Shown here piece after piece: positions 1 to 11,580 of a stretch of DNA of 64,000 nt (positions are counted from its first letter, which is position 1; every line of letters starts with the position of its first letter). This stretch comes from Paraphysomonas bandaiensis (taxonomy: Eukaryota; Protista; Chrysophyceae). The position numbers and the translations under genes are program-made. The DNA lies in NCBI GenBank assembly GCA_965644295.1, contig CBFFRP010000395.1, positions 1 through 64,000 on the forward strand, written 5' to 3'. The notes beneath the pieces are model-generated. The model saw only the letters and a program-made list of their open reading frames with translations. It had not been told where the DNA came from and searched no databases.

Positions 1-242
1 GATCTTATTCTAGTATATTCAGTATGTCATCTCCAAGACAATGTACGAGAATACAGGAAATATATAGTGATGTACAAATGCTGTGATGATATTGAGAAAC
101 TGAAATAGTTTGATCGTTCAAGATATGTTCAGTAACGAGAGGTTCGCATATGTAGGATATTATGCAGGGATTATAATGAGTTAGTGTTGGTTATCACAAC
201 TTCGTGTAAACGATACTAATAAATCTATCTAGTCTTACGACA
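1..242 (+). mobile_element. Probable 3' part of a degraded LTR (truncated by window edge)
   Basis: Ends in TAATAAATCTATCTAGTCTTACGACA, sharing AATCTATCTAGTCT and a terminal CA with the LTR-like segment at 55141-55359; weak similarity to the solo LTR at 31058-31374. Confidence 0.3.
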
Positions 243-1478
243 AATTCTCTCTGTGATCTAGTGTAAAATGAGCGTTTCTCAACAGTCTAAGATACTTACA
301 CCACACAAAATATATATTAACGACTTTCAGAGCAAACATAACAATTTAATCATATAAAATTATCTACTTTTGACACAGTGTAGGTATGCAAGCCTATATA
401 TATAGCTTACTAGTATATATATAACGACGGGTCTCTTGTCAGTGCTAAGGGGAAGGGAGAGGTCAACGAAGCTGTCGATAACCTCATGGCAATGCAGCGA
501 TGAACCCGTCGATATTATAGCCTTTATACCAGGAGGCTGGAAAGCACGTACGTGCGCTACATCCGGTATCTGGATGGTATGACCGTAGGTTACCTCGTCG
601 TGCCTAATTACAACACTTAACAATATATGTCTTATGTTGAACTATATGACATCCTTTCTCATCCAAAGTGTGTGGGGTCCAAAACCCGTGGAAATGAAGA
701 AAAATGTAAACTACATCGCACTTGGTTACGAAAAACTGCTCAGTTCTAATTAGAACGCAAAGATGAAACATAATTTATTGCATGTATAATGTATACAATA
801 TCTGCATTCATTAATTGATAATTGATGGCTAGAGTATGCTTCCATGTTTTCTGACTATAGGTGAATACCATAAACCATAAACACCTAGCCAACCTAGTCA
901 CTGTAAACTGAAAGTATGAATTATAAAAATACTAGGTTTTTACACTAAATTTGGTGTGACTAGGAAATTACACATAATTGACGAGATCCAATAATAGATC
1001 CCGATGAGAATAGAGAATGGAGAATAGAGCCCATTGACAATTCCTGTTAGGTAATACTGAAAGTTCCCAACTGTATTTGAGTTCTAAAAATGATATGCAC
1101 TGAGGCTTCGGTTGAAAGTATAACCGTTTTGACAGTAAAATATCAATTTGTCAAACGGCATACTGCGGTATGCTAGACCAGAATTCAATTGTTCATCGCT
1201 ACATTACAACGTATACGCATATATATCAATCAAGAAGTTTAAATTTACACTAATCAAATGCTAATTAACGCTATTAGTACATTTGTTGCGGACTACGTAT
1301 TCAACAATTCTCGTCATCTTGACTTGACAGTGGCGTCAATCAAGTAATGAAGCAATCGACAACGTAATACTAGTACACCACAATCGTACCAAAGAGTGCA
1401 AAGAATGATCGCAGTTTGCGTAGGACGCCTTAGAAGCATTCTAAGAATTTTTATAGTATCATAAGCAGCAAGCAGGTT

Positions 1479-2672
1479 TTATGATGACATTCCCTTGTCA
1501 ACCTCCGCTAAATCAGCTGTAACCATCTCCTCCACAAGGGACGAGAAGAGCGTAGTTGGGCGCCACCCTAACTTGGCCTCAGCTTTCGCTGGGTTGCCAA
1601 TGAGGATATCCACCTCAGTGGGACGAAAGTAGCGAGGATCAACCTTGACAAGCACATGCTCTGGGTTAGCACTGTTGACGCCGTATTCTTCGGCCGTTCC
1701 CCTCTCGCCCTTCCACTCGATAGTGATGCCCACACAACCGAATGCACGTTCCACAAATTCCCGGACCGAGTGTGTCTCATTAGTGGCCAGGACGTAATCG
1801 TCTGCTTCCTCCGCCTGTAACATCATCCACATGCCCTGCACATAGTCTCTAGCGTGCCCCCAGTCTCTTTTGGCGTCTAGGTTACCAAGAAAGAGGGTTT
1901 TTTGCAGACCACGATAAATCTTCGCAACCGCAATGGTTATCTTGCGTGTAACAAAAGTTGGCCCTCGTCTCGGAGATTCGTGATTGAACAGAATTCCATT
2001 AGTCGCATGCATCCCATATGCCTCACGATAATTCACAACAATCCAATATGCATACTGCTTCGCTACTCCGTATGGAGATCGGGGGTAAAATGGTGTTAAT
2101 TCTGTCTGTGGAATCTCTCGGACTTTGCCATACAGTTCAGAGGTAGAAGCCTGGTAAAACCTTGTGAAATTAGTGAGGCCACAAGACCTTATAGCATTTA
2201 ATATGCGCAAGGTGCCAACCCCATCCACCTCTGCAGTGTATTCCGACATTTCGAATGATACCTGCAACCGCAGTGAAAAATTATATTCAAGCCATCTCAT
2301 AACAATTACATACCGCAACATGAGACATAGCCCCAAGATTGTAAATTTCATGGGGTCTAACTTCAGATATAATATGAAATAAATTTGTAGAGTCAGATAG
2401 ATCGCCATAATGAAGAAACATTTTGACTCCCGTCTAACACATATATACACGAACATAAGATAAACTATAAGTATATATAACTCATATGTAACCTCATGTC
2501 TGTCTCTGTATAGATGATCAATACGTGCGGTATTAAATGATGATGATCTTCTTATAATACCATGTACTTCATAGCCTTTTTCAAGTAAAAACTCAGCTAA
2601 ATATGATCCATCTTGTCCAGTAATGCCTGTAATTAATGCACGTTTCGTTTCTACTGTTTCCAATTCACTCAT
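1479..2672 (-). CDS. GMDS: GDP-mannose 4,6-dehydratase (3 exons)
   Basis: Motifs [54 protein letters not shown]. Removing two GT-AG introns (about 2435-2491 and 2263-2313) restores the conserved HYGDLSD...[13 protein letters not shown] segment. Confidence 0.96.
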   Translation of the reverse strand: MSELETVETKRALITGITGQDGSYLAEFLLEKGYEVHGIIRRSSSFNTARIDHLYRDRHEVTYELYILIVYLMFVYICVRRESKCFFIMAIYLTLQIYFILYLKLDPMKFTILGLCLMLRYVIVMRWLEYNFSLRLQVSFEMSEYTAEVDGVGTLRILNAIRSCGLTNFTRFYQASTSELYGKVREIPQTELTPFYPRSPYGVAKQYAYWIVVNYREAYGMHATNGILFNHESPRRGPTFVTRKITIAVAKIYRGLQKTLFLGNLDAKRDWGHARDYVQGMWMMLQAEEADDYVLATNETHSVREFVERAFGCVGITIEWKGERGTAEEYGVNSANPEHVLVKVDPRYFRPTEVDILIGNPAKAEAKLGWRPTTLFSSLVEEMVTADLAEVDKGMSS

Positions 2673-3799
2673 AATAATATAAATATCTATAAACTAGTCA
2701 ATAAATTGTACTACTTATCAATAAGCTACTAGCTAGATAGTGTGATTGGTAATGCAACGTACTGCTGTGTATTCAAGTTTGAAAAGATTGCATCATAACA
2801 AGCGTTGCGCTATGCGGCTATGTAGCATATATATATACATATACGCTGGACCTACAAGTACATACGGTAGCATACTATGCCTCATGTACATAGTATACAT
2901 ACTAAGTATATGTGTATACGAGTGTACTGCTGTACTGCTGTAAGTGTACTGCTATAGCACTCAATAATCCAAATAGATACTGCTGTATGTGACGGTGTAC
3001 TTGTCAACAAGTACGCTTTTTCCTCTGTTGTACCTGAGGACATATAGTGCTTAAGTACTCTTTGTCTGACAAGTGTTAAGGAGGGTATATAGATACCATC
3101 CCTATCTCGGTCCACCATCATGCTGTAAGAGCGCAAGATTCTGACAATTGAGGCTCATGGATCATCGCCCAAATGATATGCTACGGCTGTAATATTACAT
3201 GACCAAAATGCAAGTAGTTCACTTACGCCTCATTCCTCATTCAATGCTGGAACACACTCTAGTTGTCTGTGTATCGTATTCCATCATAGACTGTTTGAAT
3301 GACATTCCTGCATTAAGAAACAATTTGTTAGAAGTAAAACTATTTCAGTATACAGTTTCATCAACAGTATAACATGATTCTTCATGTTTGCAGTCAGAGT
3401 CATCGTCTTGCTCACCTTGTCGTTAGTATCTCTTCCAATCCGTAGGCGTAGTTCGAGACATCTTGGGTGTACTATTTTCTTCTGGAAATTCCCGTTTCTT
3501 ATTCATTCGGTCAGTGTCGTTTCCGAATATTCAGAGTTGCTCTCTATCGACATTGAACTGCTCTATATCTCGTCTTACCGCACGCATGGCAACCTTCCTC
3601 GCCGTTACTACGAGGTGCCCCTTTTTTCACCATTGATTGATATCTGAAGCCTGTACTCTCCCCTTGATGCTTGGGGTTTTTCTTTGTTTCATCTGTTCTT
3701 CTGTAGTAGTAGTTTTACATCTGAACTACCATTGGTTAGCAATCTGAGGTTAGAAGTAAGTAGGTAGCCGAACCTAGAAATGAATCAACTGCCAACAAG

Positions 3800-4110
3800 T
3801 CAAATATTTATAATTGTAGTATAGTTGTATTTAACCACGGATAATAAGGAGCCTATATCGTCCCTTGCCCTCGCTTTAGAATATAGACCAGAGGAACGAT
3901 TCTTCGTATCCCTACGTAAATTGTAGCTTGCTTGCTGTAATAGTAGGAAATAGGAATCCAAGTACTGTTTCAAATCAATGGTATCTACGTTAATTTATAG
4001 CAATAAATCCCCAAGTTTCAATAATAGCTACAACGTATGGACCTCTATCACAGAAGGAGCATAGCAACTGCGAGTATTGCAATACGTGACGATAATTGCA
4101 CGAGGCTTAA
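3800..4110 (-). mobile_element. Degraded repeat, probably an IS630/Tc1-mariner transposase relic
   Basis: Homologous by eye to 60890-61260 (shared AACCACGG, CTATAT-GTCC, TAAATTGTAG, GTGACGATAA). Minus strand reads APYYPWLN, resembling PPYSPxLNPIE; contains stops. Confidence 0.4.
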
Positions 4111-4287
4111 AAAATTCAGTCGCATGAGACTTCTTGTTGTCGTCGGCATCATCATCATCATCGGATTTATCTCTGCCAGTGCAACTGACACGAATGATGT
4201 GTGTTATGACTCCTAAACGCATATTGCTAATAACAAGATATTCACCACTATGATAATATTATATGCACGACATGACCCTAACCCTGA

Positions 4288-4740
4288 GGGCCACCCCATA
4301 CAAGGCCAAAACTCGAGAAGTGCAAAACTCGAGTTTTTCAAAACTCGACCAGTTTCGTACCATACAAGCAAGAATCTTGAGAATCGCAAAACTCGACTTT
4401 TGCCAAACTCGAGATTTACTCGGCAACCTCGATCTAAAAGAAAATGAGGTTACCGACTTTTTTATCGACTTTGGCCAAAGTCGATATTCATCTACATTCG
4501 ACCAAATGAGTGATATAAACAACATATTAACAGGTGATTGTGATTTGATTCACAATCGGACACATAGTATTCGCAGAAAATGGGTAAAAATTGCGTTGTG
4601 GAAGCGAATATGTTGTCGTAGATATCGAATAATTGTTCGTGCTCGGAATGGTCGTCGACCTCGTGAAAACGTCATTAAAAAGATAAATACCATGTCGGAT
4701 GATGTATTTAAGAAACATTACAGGTATAGAAAATCATAAT
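4288..4740 (+). mobile_element. PIF/Harbinger-like transposon, 5' end fragment
   Basis: Starts GGGCCACCCCATAC after a TGA trinucleotide, has several AAACTCGA subterminal repeats, then MSDDVFKKHYR resembling the Harbinger transposase N-terminal SDxxFxxxFR motif; truncated. Confidence 0.5.
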
Positions 4741-5998
4741 TGTTCGCTAACAACGCTAATAATATTTAAATAGATTACACAGAGAAGATTTCTATTCTCT
4801 CGTCGACGAAATATCTTGTGAAGGTTGAGGTTTTCGTTGCAAGACCATAGATGGGAGCTACTGAAATGAGTCGTGGTGCGGTGGGGTCTGATGGGCTTAT
4901 GGAGGATATGGGGGTTCTGAATAGAGAGACTTGAAGAAGTCTCTGGTGCGTGTCGTCGTAGCCTTTGTCGTTTGTGACTGTCCCCATTTCAAGGAAAAGG
5001 TCAAAGCAGATGGGGGCTGTGTGAGTGCAGGAGGTTTTCCTACATCATCTCCAATGCCAGGCACCAGATTTGAGGTTGTTCACAATCAGTGTGCGTAACT
5101 CGCCGTTGTGGTAGGCATCAGCGCAAGCTTGATGAAGTGAAGGGAGGGGAATAGTTGGAAGTGTCAGTATTGGCTGTTCGGGGTTAAGTGAGAGATTGCT
5201 CACTTTTAGATTAAGGGTTTGTCCTCCGGGGCAGTTGAGGGTGGTGGTGGGAGGCTGAATATTACAAAAATTACAAGGCTGAGTTTTCAACGCAATTATT
5301 ATTAACTTAAACTTCTAGAAGAGTTAAATTTCTACAGAAGTAGTTAAAAATAGCAGTACAAACTACTATCTACCTCTCCGCATTAGAAGATTCTCGTAAA
5401 TTTGAAGCCTCAGGGTTCGCTCATGAGAGTGTATTTCACGAGGAGCTGTTACCGTATACCGTAACATCCTGCATAATTTGTTGTTGCATGTACTCATTAG
5501 CTACATCATCGAACACATTGTGTCTGTCCACACACGGAATCTGCTGCAGGGGTGTCGACGTCGCGACGAGAGGAGGAGAAGCGACGACTGTAAATTCATG
5601 TAGAATTTCAGCTGGTGGAAGAGATGCAGGCGGATTCTGTGCAGGTACAGGTGGATTCGGTTCAGGTGTAGGCGGATTATGGGATAGCAACAAGGGACCT
5701 AATAAGGATGAGACTGGAACTCCAGCAGTTGTGGATGTTATGATGTATGATGACCGCAACATCACTTGCAAGCGGAAGGGACTTAATTGTGGACTTCTTC
5801 ACTGGTCGAGGCTTCTTTATGCTCTTAGGCTTCACCCTTTTCTCACGAGTAAGTCCCTTCCGCTTGCGAGTGATGTTGCGGTCATCATACATCATAACAT
5901 CCACAACTGCTGGAGTTCCAGTCTCATCCTTATTAGGTCCCTTGTTGCTATCCCATAATCCGCCTACACCTGAACCGAATCCACCTGTACCTGCACAG

Positions 5999-6315
5999 TG
6001 TGGGCTTGCATACATATGTGTATGTGTGCAAAGCAATACCCAAGTACAGAAGTACAAAATAATGATTATTATCGTATAATGAATCATGAATAATACTGTC
6101 TACAATATCAACGGCTAATAATACTGTCTACAATATCAACGGCTAATAATACTGTCTACAATATCAACGGCTATTGCTAATCCCAACAATCACATTCCCT
6201 ACAGTTTGTATTCCTAACTACATGGTACACGTATACAATACAGTACTGTACTACTAATCATATAATACAGGACATGTACACGTATATATTCTATATGTAA
6301 GTGGATAGTCCTACA
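5999..6315 (-). repeat. 3' LTR, with 3 x 28-bp tandem AATAATACTGTCTACAATATCAACGGCT (6089-6172)
   Basis: Direct repeat of 11264-11580; termini TGTGGG...CCTACA on the + strand. Confidence 0.97.
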
Positions 6316-6327
6316 CTACCTCCCCTT
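6316..6327 (-). other. Polypurine tract AAGGGGAGGTAG
   Basis: Purine run directly abutting the 3' LTR on the element sense strand. Confidence 0.9.
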
Positions 6328-6380
6328 ATAATTGATGTGTTAATGTGTTATATTGACACTCAATTCTGTAAACTTTGTTA

Positions 6381-7361
6381 TTAATCTTCTTCATCAGAAG
6401 AATAAACCACATTTCGAGGTAGTAAATTTCTTACATTTTCATCAGGATGTTGAGTTAGGAAATTTTGTAGAGCATACGTTTTTCTAACGTTAGCCCATGG
6501 TTCCCATGTAGGTTTTTCATACCCTATCCAATGTACTAGAAATTTTATTTGACTTTTCGGACCTTTAGCTCGACCTTTTATTTTTGAAATATGGTCAATA
6601 GCATAAAAGTTTCCACCATCTTTACATGCCACTTGTAAGGGGTCAATAGTAGAGGGATCGTAATTAAATTCCCTTAATTTCTTTATATGATAGTCTTTAT
6701 TACGTTTAGTAACAATATCTTGAAGAGTATATTTGTCTCCAATAACATTGACTACTCGCATTGGACCTTTAAGATATGGTAATAACTTACTTGCCGGTCC
6801 AGGACGTAAAGCATTTTGTCTATGCTCAACTAACACATAAGAATTTATTGGAAATTCTTTTGTTTGTATATTTGGTGCAGTTGCCATGTGGATTTCATCA
6901 TGTTTGCGAAGATTTCGTCTTGCAACATCCATAATAGTGGACTGAACCTTTTGTATTCTATCTATCCAATGTGATAGCTTTTGTTCGTTCCCGTCCAAGT
7001 TCTCATTGTGTTCAATGAATAAACTCTTATCTAAATCTACTGCATTCCCAAATAGAATACTAGCGGGAGTAACGCCGGTGCTTCTATGTTTAGAAGAATT
7101 CATAATTCTTTGTACTAAAGGTAGATACATTGACCAATTATTTAGTACATTTTTATCAAATATAATATTTCTTAAGTGCCTTAAAATTTCTTTATTAGCA
7201 CGTTCCACTATAGCATTTTCTTCTTTAGAATACGCCATCGAAAATGATTGATTACTTCCAACCATTTCTATCAATGATTTTGTTAAATCATCCACAAATG
7301 CTGGTCCAAGATCCGAATGAATCTCAATAGGTGCTCCATATCTACCCAGGTGTTGAAGCAA
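6381..7361 (-). CDS. Integrase core (second half) plus chromodomain; +1 frame continuation of the polyprotein
   Basis: HSDLGPAF and IVERANKE catalytic D/E motifs, GPY/F-like YLKGPMRV, chromodomain FLVHWIGYEKPTWEPWANV. Confidence 0.9.
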   Translation of the reverse strand: MLQHLGRYGAPIEIHSDLGPAFVDDLTKSLIEMVGSNQSFSMAYSKEENAIVERANKEILRHLRNIIFDKNVLNNWSMYLPLVQRIMNSSKHRSTGVTPASILFGNAVDLDKSLFIEHNENLDGNEQKLSHWIDRIQKVQSTIMDVARRNLRKHDEIHMATAPNIQTKEFPINSYVLVEHRQNALRPGPASKLLPYLKGPMRVVNVIGDKYTLQDIVTKRNKDYHIKKLREFNYDPSTIDPLQVACKDGGNFYAIDHISKIKGRAKGPKSQIKFLVHWIGYEKPTWEPWANVRKTYALQNFLTQHPDENVRNLLPRNVVYSSDEED

Positions 7362-10300
7362 TCCCCTTTGCCGCCGCCATGGCAGTGAGATTCTTAGTAG
7401 GGATTAATTCTACCCACCTAGAAAAAGAATCGATAATCACTAATATATTAGTGTATCCATCCTCATCTGGATGCAGACTCTGAATAAAATCCACTGCTAT
7501 TCTTTGCATCGGGCCATATGTTGAGACAGTAAAGGGATGAGCATTAATTATTGGTTTAATTCTACTCATCTTTTGACAACAAGGACAAGTTTTAATAAAT
7601 TTTGTCACATGTGCCCCTTGCTTTGACCATTTATGACCATTGTCTCGTAATTTTTGTATTGTACGATCAATACCATGATGACCTGTAACATTGTTATGAA
7701 ATCTTTTAATAATTTCCCATTCCTTGTTTGGAACTTTAATATCGGGAATTAGGGAAGCACATTTTGTTTCCATTTTAGATTCTAATGCACATAGTCTACT
7801 AAATGCATCAGCAACAACATTATCAGATCCTTTAATATCACATAGATCATAATCATATGCTTGGAAACATTTCAACCATCGCTGAACTTTCTTATCCTTA
7901 GCGTAATCAGTTCTCAACTGAGTAATATTTTTATGATCTGTTTTGATCGTAAAGTATCTATACCTTAATAGGTAGTCCCATTTATCTAAGGCATAGTATA
8001 TAGCATATCCTTCTTTCTGAGGTGTATCCCAATTCATCATTCTTTCATCGAATGTTTTACTGAGAAATCCTATTGGACGTTCTACACCATCTACTACTTG
8101 GTAGAGGTATGCTCCTATTCCATAATCAGATGCATCGGTCAATAAATATATTGGTGACTCGTCATCAATGAAAAATAATGTTGGACATTCATGGATCATC
8201 AATTTGATCTTTTCAAATGCTTCATTGGCATCCTCTGTCCATTGTAGACGTTTACGTCTATGATAGTTGAGAAGCATTTTATTTAACGGTCTCACCACTA
8301 AGGAGTGGTTGTGCACGTGATCCCGAAAATAATTTGCCAATCCGAGGAAAGATTTTAGACCCTTCATAGTTTCAGGCTTTGGGAAATTTAATACACTATC
8401 CAGACGTTCTCTAGTAAAGTGTAACCCTTCCTCATTTAGAGTATGTCCTACATATTGTACTTCGGACTCTCCTATTTTCACTTTCTCAGGATTAATGTAA
8501 ACATTGTATTTCCTGAAGCGTTCTAGAACTTTAACGTAATTTTCAATTAGTTCATCTTCTGTAGAAGCATATATAATCAGGTCATCTAGATATAATTCAC
8601 ATATGAACATAATCAACCCGGCAAGCACAATTGTTGTTAATACTCGTTGAAAGTATGATGGAGCACCACTCAAACCCATGGGTAGTCGGAGCCATTCGAA
8701 TACTCCCCAGAAGGTTATAAATGCCGTCCACTTTCTCGAGTACTCTGAAATTTTAGCCTGGTAATAACCAGATACTAAATCCAGAATTATGAAGTATTTG
8801 GGTTTCTTAGACCCAATACGTTCTAACATTTCTTTGATGTTAGGTATTGGCCAACGTTCCCTCTGTGTGTGCTTGTTTAGACCTTTATAGTCTACACAGA
8901 ATCGCCATTTATCATTTGGTTTGGGAACTAATAATACCTGGCTATAATAAGGAGCCGTACTTGGTTGTATTATTCCATGCTCCACAAATGTATCGATTTG
9001 CTTTTTACAAGCATACTGTCGTACTCGATCCATCTTTCGTGGCGGACCACAATGTTTTGGTTGTTCCCAAGCATCCCTATCTACCTCTAATTCAAAAGGT
9101 GGAACATCCATTGGCATATCCGACACTGTGGTTCTAAATCTATCCTTATAGATTTCATGGATTTCTCTCACCCTCCTTTGTAAAGATTCGGGACCAGAGA
9201 TTTTAGTTGGTAACGTAGTACCTTCTACTTTTTCCTGAGTATTTGTAACTATTTCTTCTGGGATTGACTCCAGATAGTTATCTCTAATCTCGCCTATATC
9301 TTCCTTTTCATATGCACTTATACGCATGGATGATATTGGAGGTGAATACATAGTACTAACCAAGCTATTACTTGTAAGTAAATTATTATTATAACTAAGG
9401 TGTTCCTTAGCTTGGCGCCTTAATGTTTCCATGTTATTATAACATGTGGCTCTCTCACTAATATGTTCCGAGAGAAGCTGAGTCTTCTCAGCATGGCCCG
9501 CGGCCGTAGCTAGCATTTTCCCTGCTAACTCTCTTTCCATAAAGTGAGATGGAAAATGATCAACTAATCTATATTTCTTGATAGTTTCTCTACCAATTAT
9601 GATATCAAAGGTGCTATCTATTATCAAACATTGCAACTCAATATCAAGAGTATTGTTATACTCATCAGTTAATCTTATAGTTATTATCATATATTGCTTG
9701 CTACTACAACAAGCATTATCAAGCGCACTACAAATTTTAATGTTACACTCGTGCAATGGAATTCTATACCTAGCAACTAACATATCAGCAAGTTCTTGGT
9801 TAATGAAATTATTCCCAGTAGCCCCCGTGTCCAATAAGGCTTTAGCTCTTAGATTTTCCTTTACCTGTTGTACATTGACATCAGCTTTAGGATATACAAA
9901 GACATCGAGCATATCATTATTCATGTCAATAGCATTTATATATAAACACTTAGGGCATGATAACTTACTTGTTTTCGATCTTGGAGGACCATCAGGATTC
10001 TCCACATAAGGGCAGGTACTCCAACCCATAACCGCATATTTTTTGCCCTGTGTGGAATCTTTCCATGGCTTCTTTTCATGGTTAGCCCATGCACAGGTTT
10101 TGCGGGTGCAGTCACCTTTATGAAGATTACCGCATATCCAACATGCTTCCTTAGTATCAGTTGTTGCTTTAGTACTTGAGGATGAGCTGGAGGATGAAGT
10201 TTTTGTATTCTTAGTCTTGTTAGACTTAGATGTTTCTTTGGAATCCAATTTAGTTTCCATCCTCTTTACTTTTCTCACAGCTTGACTATAGTCATTGTTA

Positions 10301-11214
10301 AGCTCTCGCACCTTTCTACAGAATGCTCCGAAATCTTTTGGTGCAGATTGACCTTGGCCTATATCCGCTATAAATTTCTCTTTGGCATCCTTTCTGAAGG
10401 AATGTCCGCCCACAAGTTTAATGTTTTTCTTGAGGGTTTTGACTATGGTATCCGAGGCTACCTCTGTGAGACTTGCCTCCGGAATGAGCTTATAAAGCTC
10501 ATTCAGACGTCCATATTCTTTTAAGAATACTTTAGGAACATGAATATCCACCTTAACCTTTGGTCCAATGATATTATCTATGAACCTAGGAAGAGGCTCC
10601 AATGTATCAGAGTATCGCTCCTCTTCCTCTAGAAAGGCTTGCTTTAACCACTGAATCAATTCCTCAGTAGTTACAATGTTTGGATCTAGCCAGTCCTCGT
10701 CAGACTCATCTCCAAAATCCTGCTGTCGCTGAAACTGAAGCATATCACGCACTGTTGGTGCCATGATTTCTGACCTTATGAATTTTGTCCCTTTAGGATC
10801 TCTTTTCGAGAGATTTTCACAAAATTCGATGATATCCTCATCTTGCACACTACCTAAGTAGGGAATAGAGTCGGTATTGATTACTTCATGTGGAGTGGAT
10901 TCCGTCGCAATGACTTCATTCAAGTCAATGCGCTCACTCCTGTTGGGGTGCGGATCTCCACTCCTTTGCTTCTTTCTCTTTGGTTGAGAAGAAGAGAGCT
11001 CACGAAATGATACTCCACTCAATTCTCCTTCAGCCTCTACTGATGTCTCAGTTTGAGGAGAAGATTGCATTTGAGATGATGTTGTTGCATCTCTTGCTCG
11101 TTTTCGAGAGGATTCTCTCTCTCTTTTCGTCTTTTTAGACGAAGAACCCGAAGCAGCTAACAATTCCTCTATTTGAGGAGCTGCTTTTATTTTGCTTCTC
11201 TTACTTTCCCCCAT
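7342..11214 (-). CDS. Gag-Pol polyprotein (gag zinc knuckle, protease, RT, RNase H, integrase N-terminus)
   Basis: CWICGNLHKGDC knuckle, LLDTGA protease, RFCVDY/PMGL/YLDD RT, TDASDYGIGA RNase H, H..GHHG..CPCC integrase zinc finger, IAVDF. Confidence 0.96.
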   Translation of the reverse strand: MGESKRSKIKAAPQIEELLAASGSSSKKTKRERESSRKRARDATTSSQMQSSPQTETSVEAEGELSGVSFRELSSSQPKRKKQRSGDPHPNRSERIDLNEVIATESTPHEVINTDSIPYLGSVQDEDIIEFCENLSKRDPKGTKFIRSEIMAPTVRDMLQFQRQQDFGDESDEDWLDPNIVTTEELIQWLKQAFLEEEERYSDTLEPLPRFIDNIIGPKVKVDIHVPKVFLKEYGRLNELYKLIPEASLTEVASDTIVKTLKKNIKLVGGHSFRKDAKEKFIADIGQGQSAPKDFGAFCRKVRELNNDYSQAVRKVKRMETKLDSKETSKSNKTKNTKTSSSSSSSSTKATTDTKEACWICGNLHKGDCTRKTCAWANHEKKPWKDSTQGKKYAVMGWSTCPYVENPDGPPRSKTSKLSCPKCLYINAIDMNNDMLDVFVYPKADVNVQQVKENLRAKALLDTGATGNNFINQELADMLVARYRIPLHECNIKICSALDNACCSSKQYMIITIRLTDEYNNTLDIELQCLIIDSTFDIIIGRETIKKYRLVDHFPSHFMERELAGKMLATAAGHAEKTQLLSEHISERATCYNNMETLRRQAKEHLSYNNNLLTSNSLVSTMYSPPISSMRISAYEKEDIGEIRDNYLESIPEEIVTNTQEKVEGTTLPTKISGPESLQRRVREIHEIYKDRFRTTVSDMPMDVPPFELEVDRDAWEQPKHCGPPRKMDRVRQYACKKQIDTFVEHGIIQPSTAPYYSQVLLVPKPNDKWRFCVDYKGLNKHTQRERWPIPNIKEMLERIGSKKPKYFIILDLVSGYYQAKISEYSRKWTAFITFWGVFEWLRLPMGLSGAPSYFQRVLTTIVLAGLIMFICELYLDDLIIYASTEDELIENYVKVLERFRKYNVYINPEKVKIGESEVQYVGHTLNEEGLHFTRERLDSVLNFPKPETMKGLKSFLGLANYFRDHVHNHSLVVRPLNKMLLNYHRRKRLQWTEDANEAFEKIKLMIHECPTLFFIDDESPIYLLTDASDYGIGAYLYQVVDGVERPIGFLSKTFDERMMNWDTPQKEGYAIYYALDKWDYLLRYRYFTIKTDHKNITQLRTDYAKDKKVQRWLKCFQAYDYDLCDIKGSDNVVADAFSRLCALESKMETKCASLIPDIKVPNKEWEIIKRFHNNVTGHHGIDRTIQKLRDNGHKWSKQGAHVTKFIKTCPCCQKMSRIKPIINAHPFTVSTYGPMQRIAVDFIQSLHPDEDGYTNILVIIDSFSRWVELIPTKNLTAMAAAKGIASTPG

Positions 11215-11263
11215 AATATTGTTATATCACAGAGATTGAGTACTACTTATTAAGTAATATTAC

Positions 11264-11580
11264 TGTGGGCTTGCATACATATGTGTATGTGTGCAAAGCA
11301 ATACCCAAGTACAGAAGTACAAAATAATGATTATTATCGTATAATGAATCATGAATAATACTGTCTACAATATCAACGGCTAATAATACTGTCTACAATA
11401 TCAACGGCTAATAATACTGTCTACAATATCAACGGCTATTGCTAATCCCAACAATCACATTCCCTACAGTTTGTATTCCTAACTACATGGTACACGTATA
11501 CAATACAGTACTGTACTACTAATCATATAATACAGGACATGTACACGTATATATTCTATATGTAAGTGGATAGTCCTACA
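11264..11580 (-). repeat. 5' LTR
   Basis: Identical to 5999-6315; lies 49 nt upstream of the gag ATG at 11214. Confidence 0.97.

Larger units (their letters stand above)
5999..11580 (-). mobile_element. Full-length Ty3/Gypsy chromodomain LTR retrotransposon (chromovirus-like), recent insertion
   Basis: Two 317-bp TG...CA LTRs identical by eye, 4-bp TSD ACAG (5995-5998 and 11581-11584), polypurine tract at 6316-6327, domain order gag-PR-RT-RH-IN-chromo. Confidence 0.98.

Noticed and set aside
379-613. Possible solo LTR (TGTAGG...ACAACA)
   Set aside because: No target duplication and no second copy in the window.
2263-2491. Apparent hydrophobic insertion in the 397-aa GMDS ORF
   Set aside because: Chance read-through of two introns with exon 2 out of frame; splicing restores the normal enzyme.
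5436-6087. Overlapping ORFs on both strands with duplicated peptides
   Set aside because: Consequence of the palindrome, not independent genes.
6089-6172. 28-bp repeats as a CRISPR array
   Set aside because: Head-to-tail with no spacers, inside LTRs, eukaryotic context, no cas genes.
7363-7369. A-AAG-GGG as a -1 slippery heptamer
   Set aside because: The downstream integrase is in the +1 frame, so a -1 shift would not reach it.
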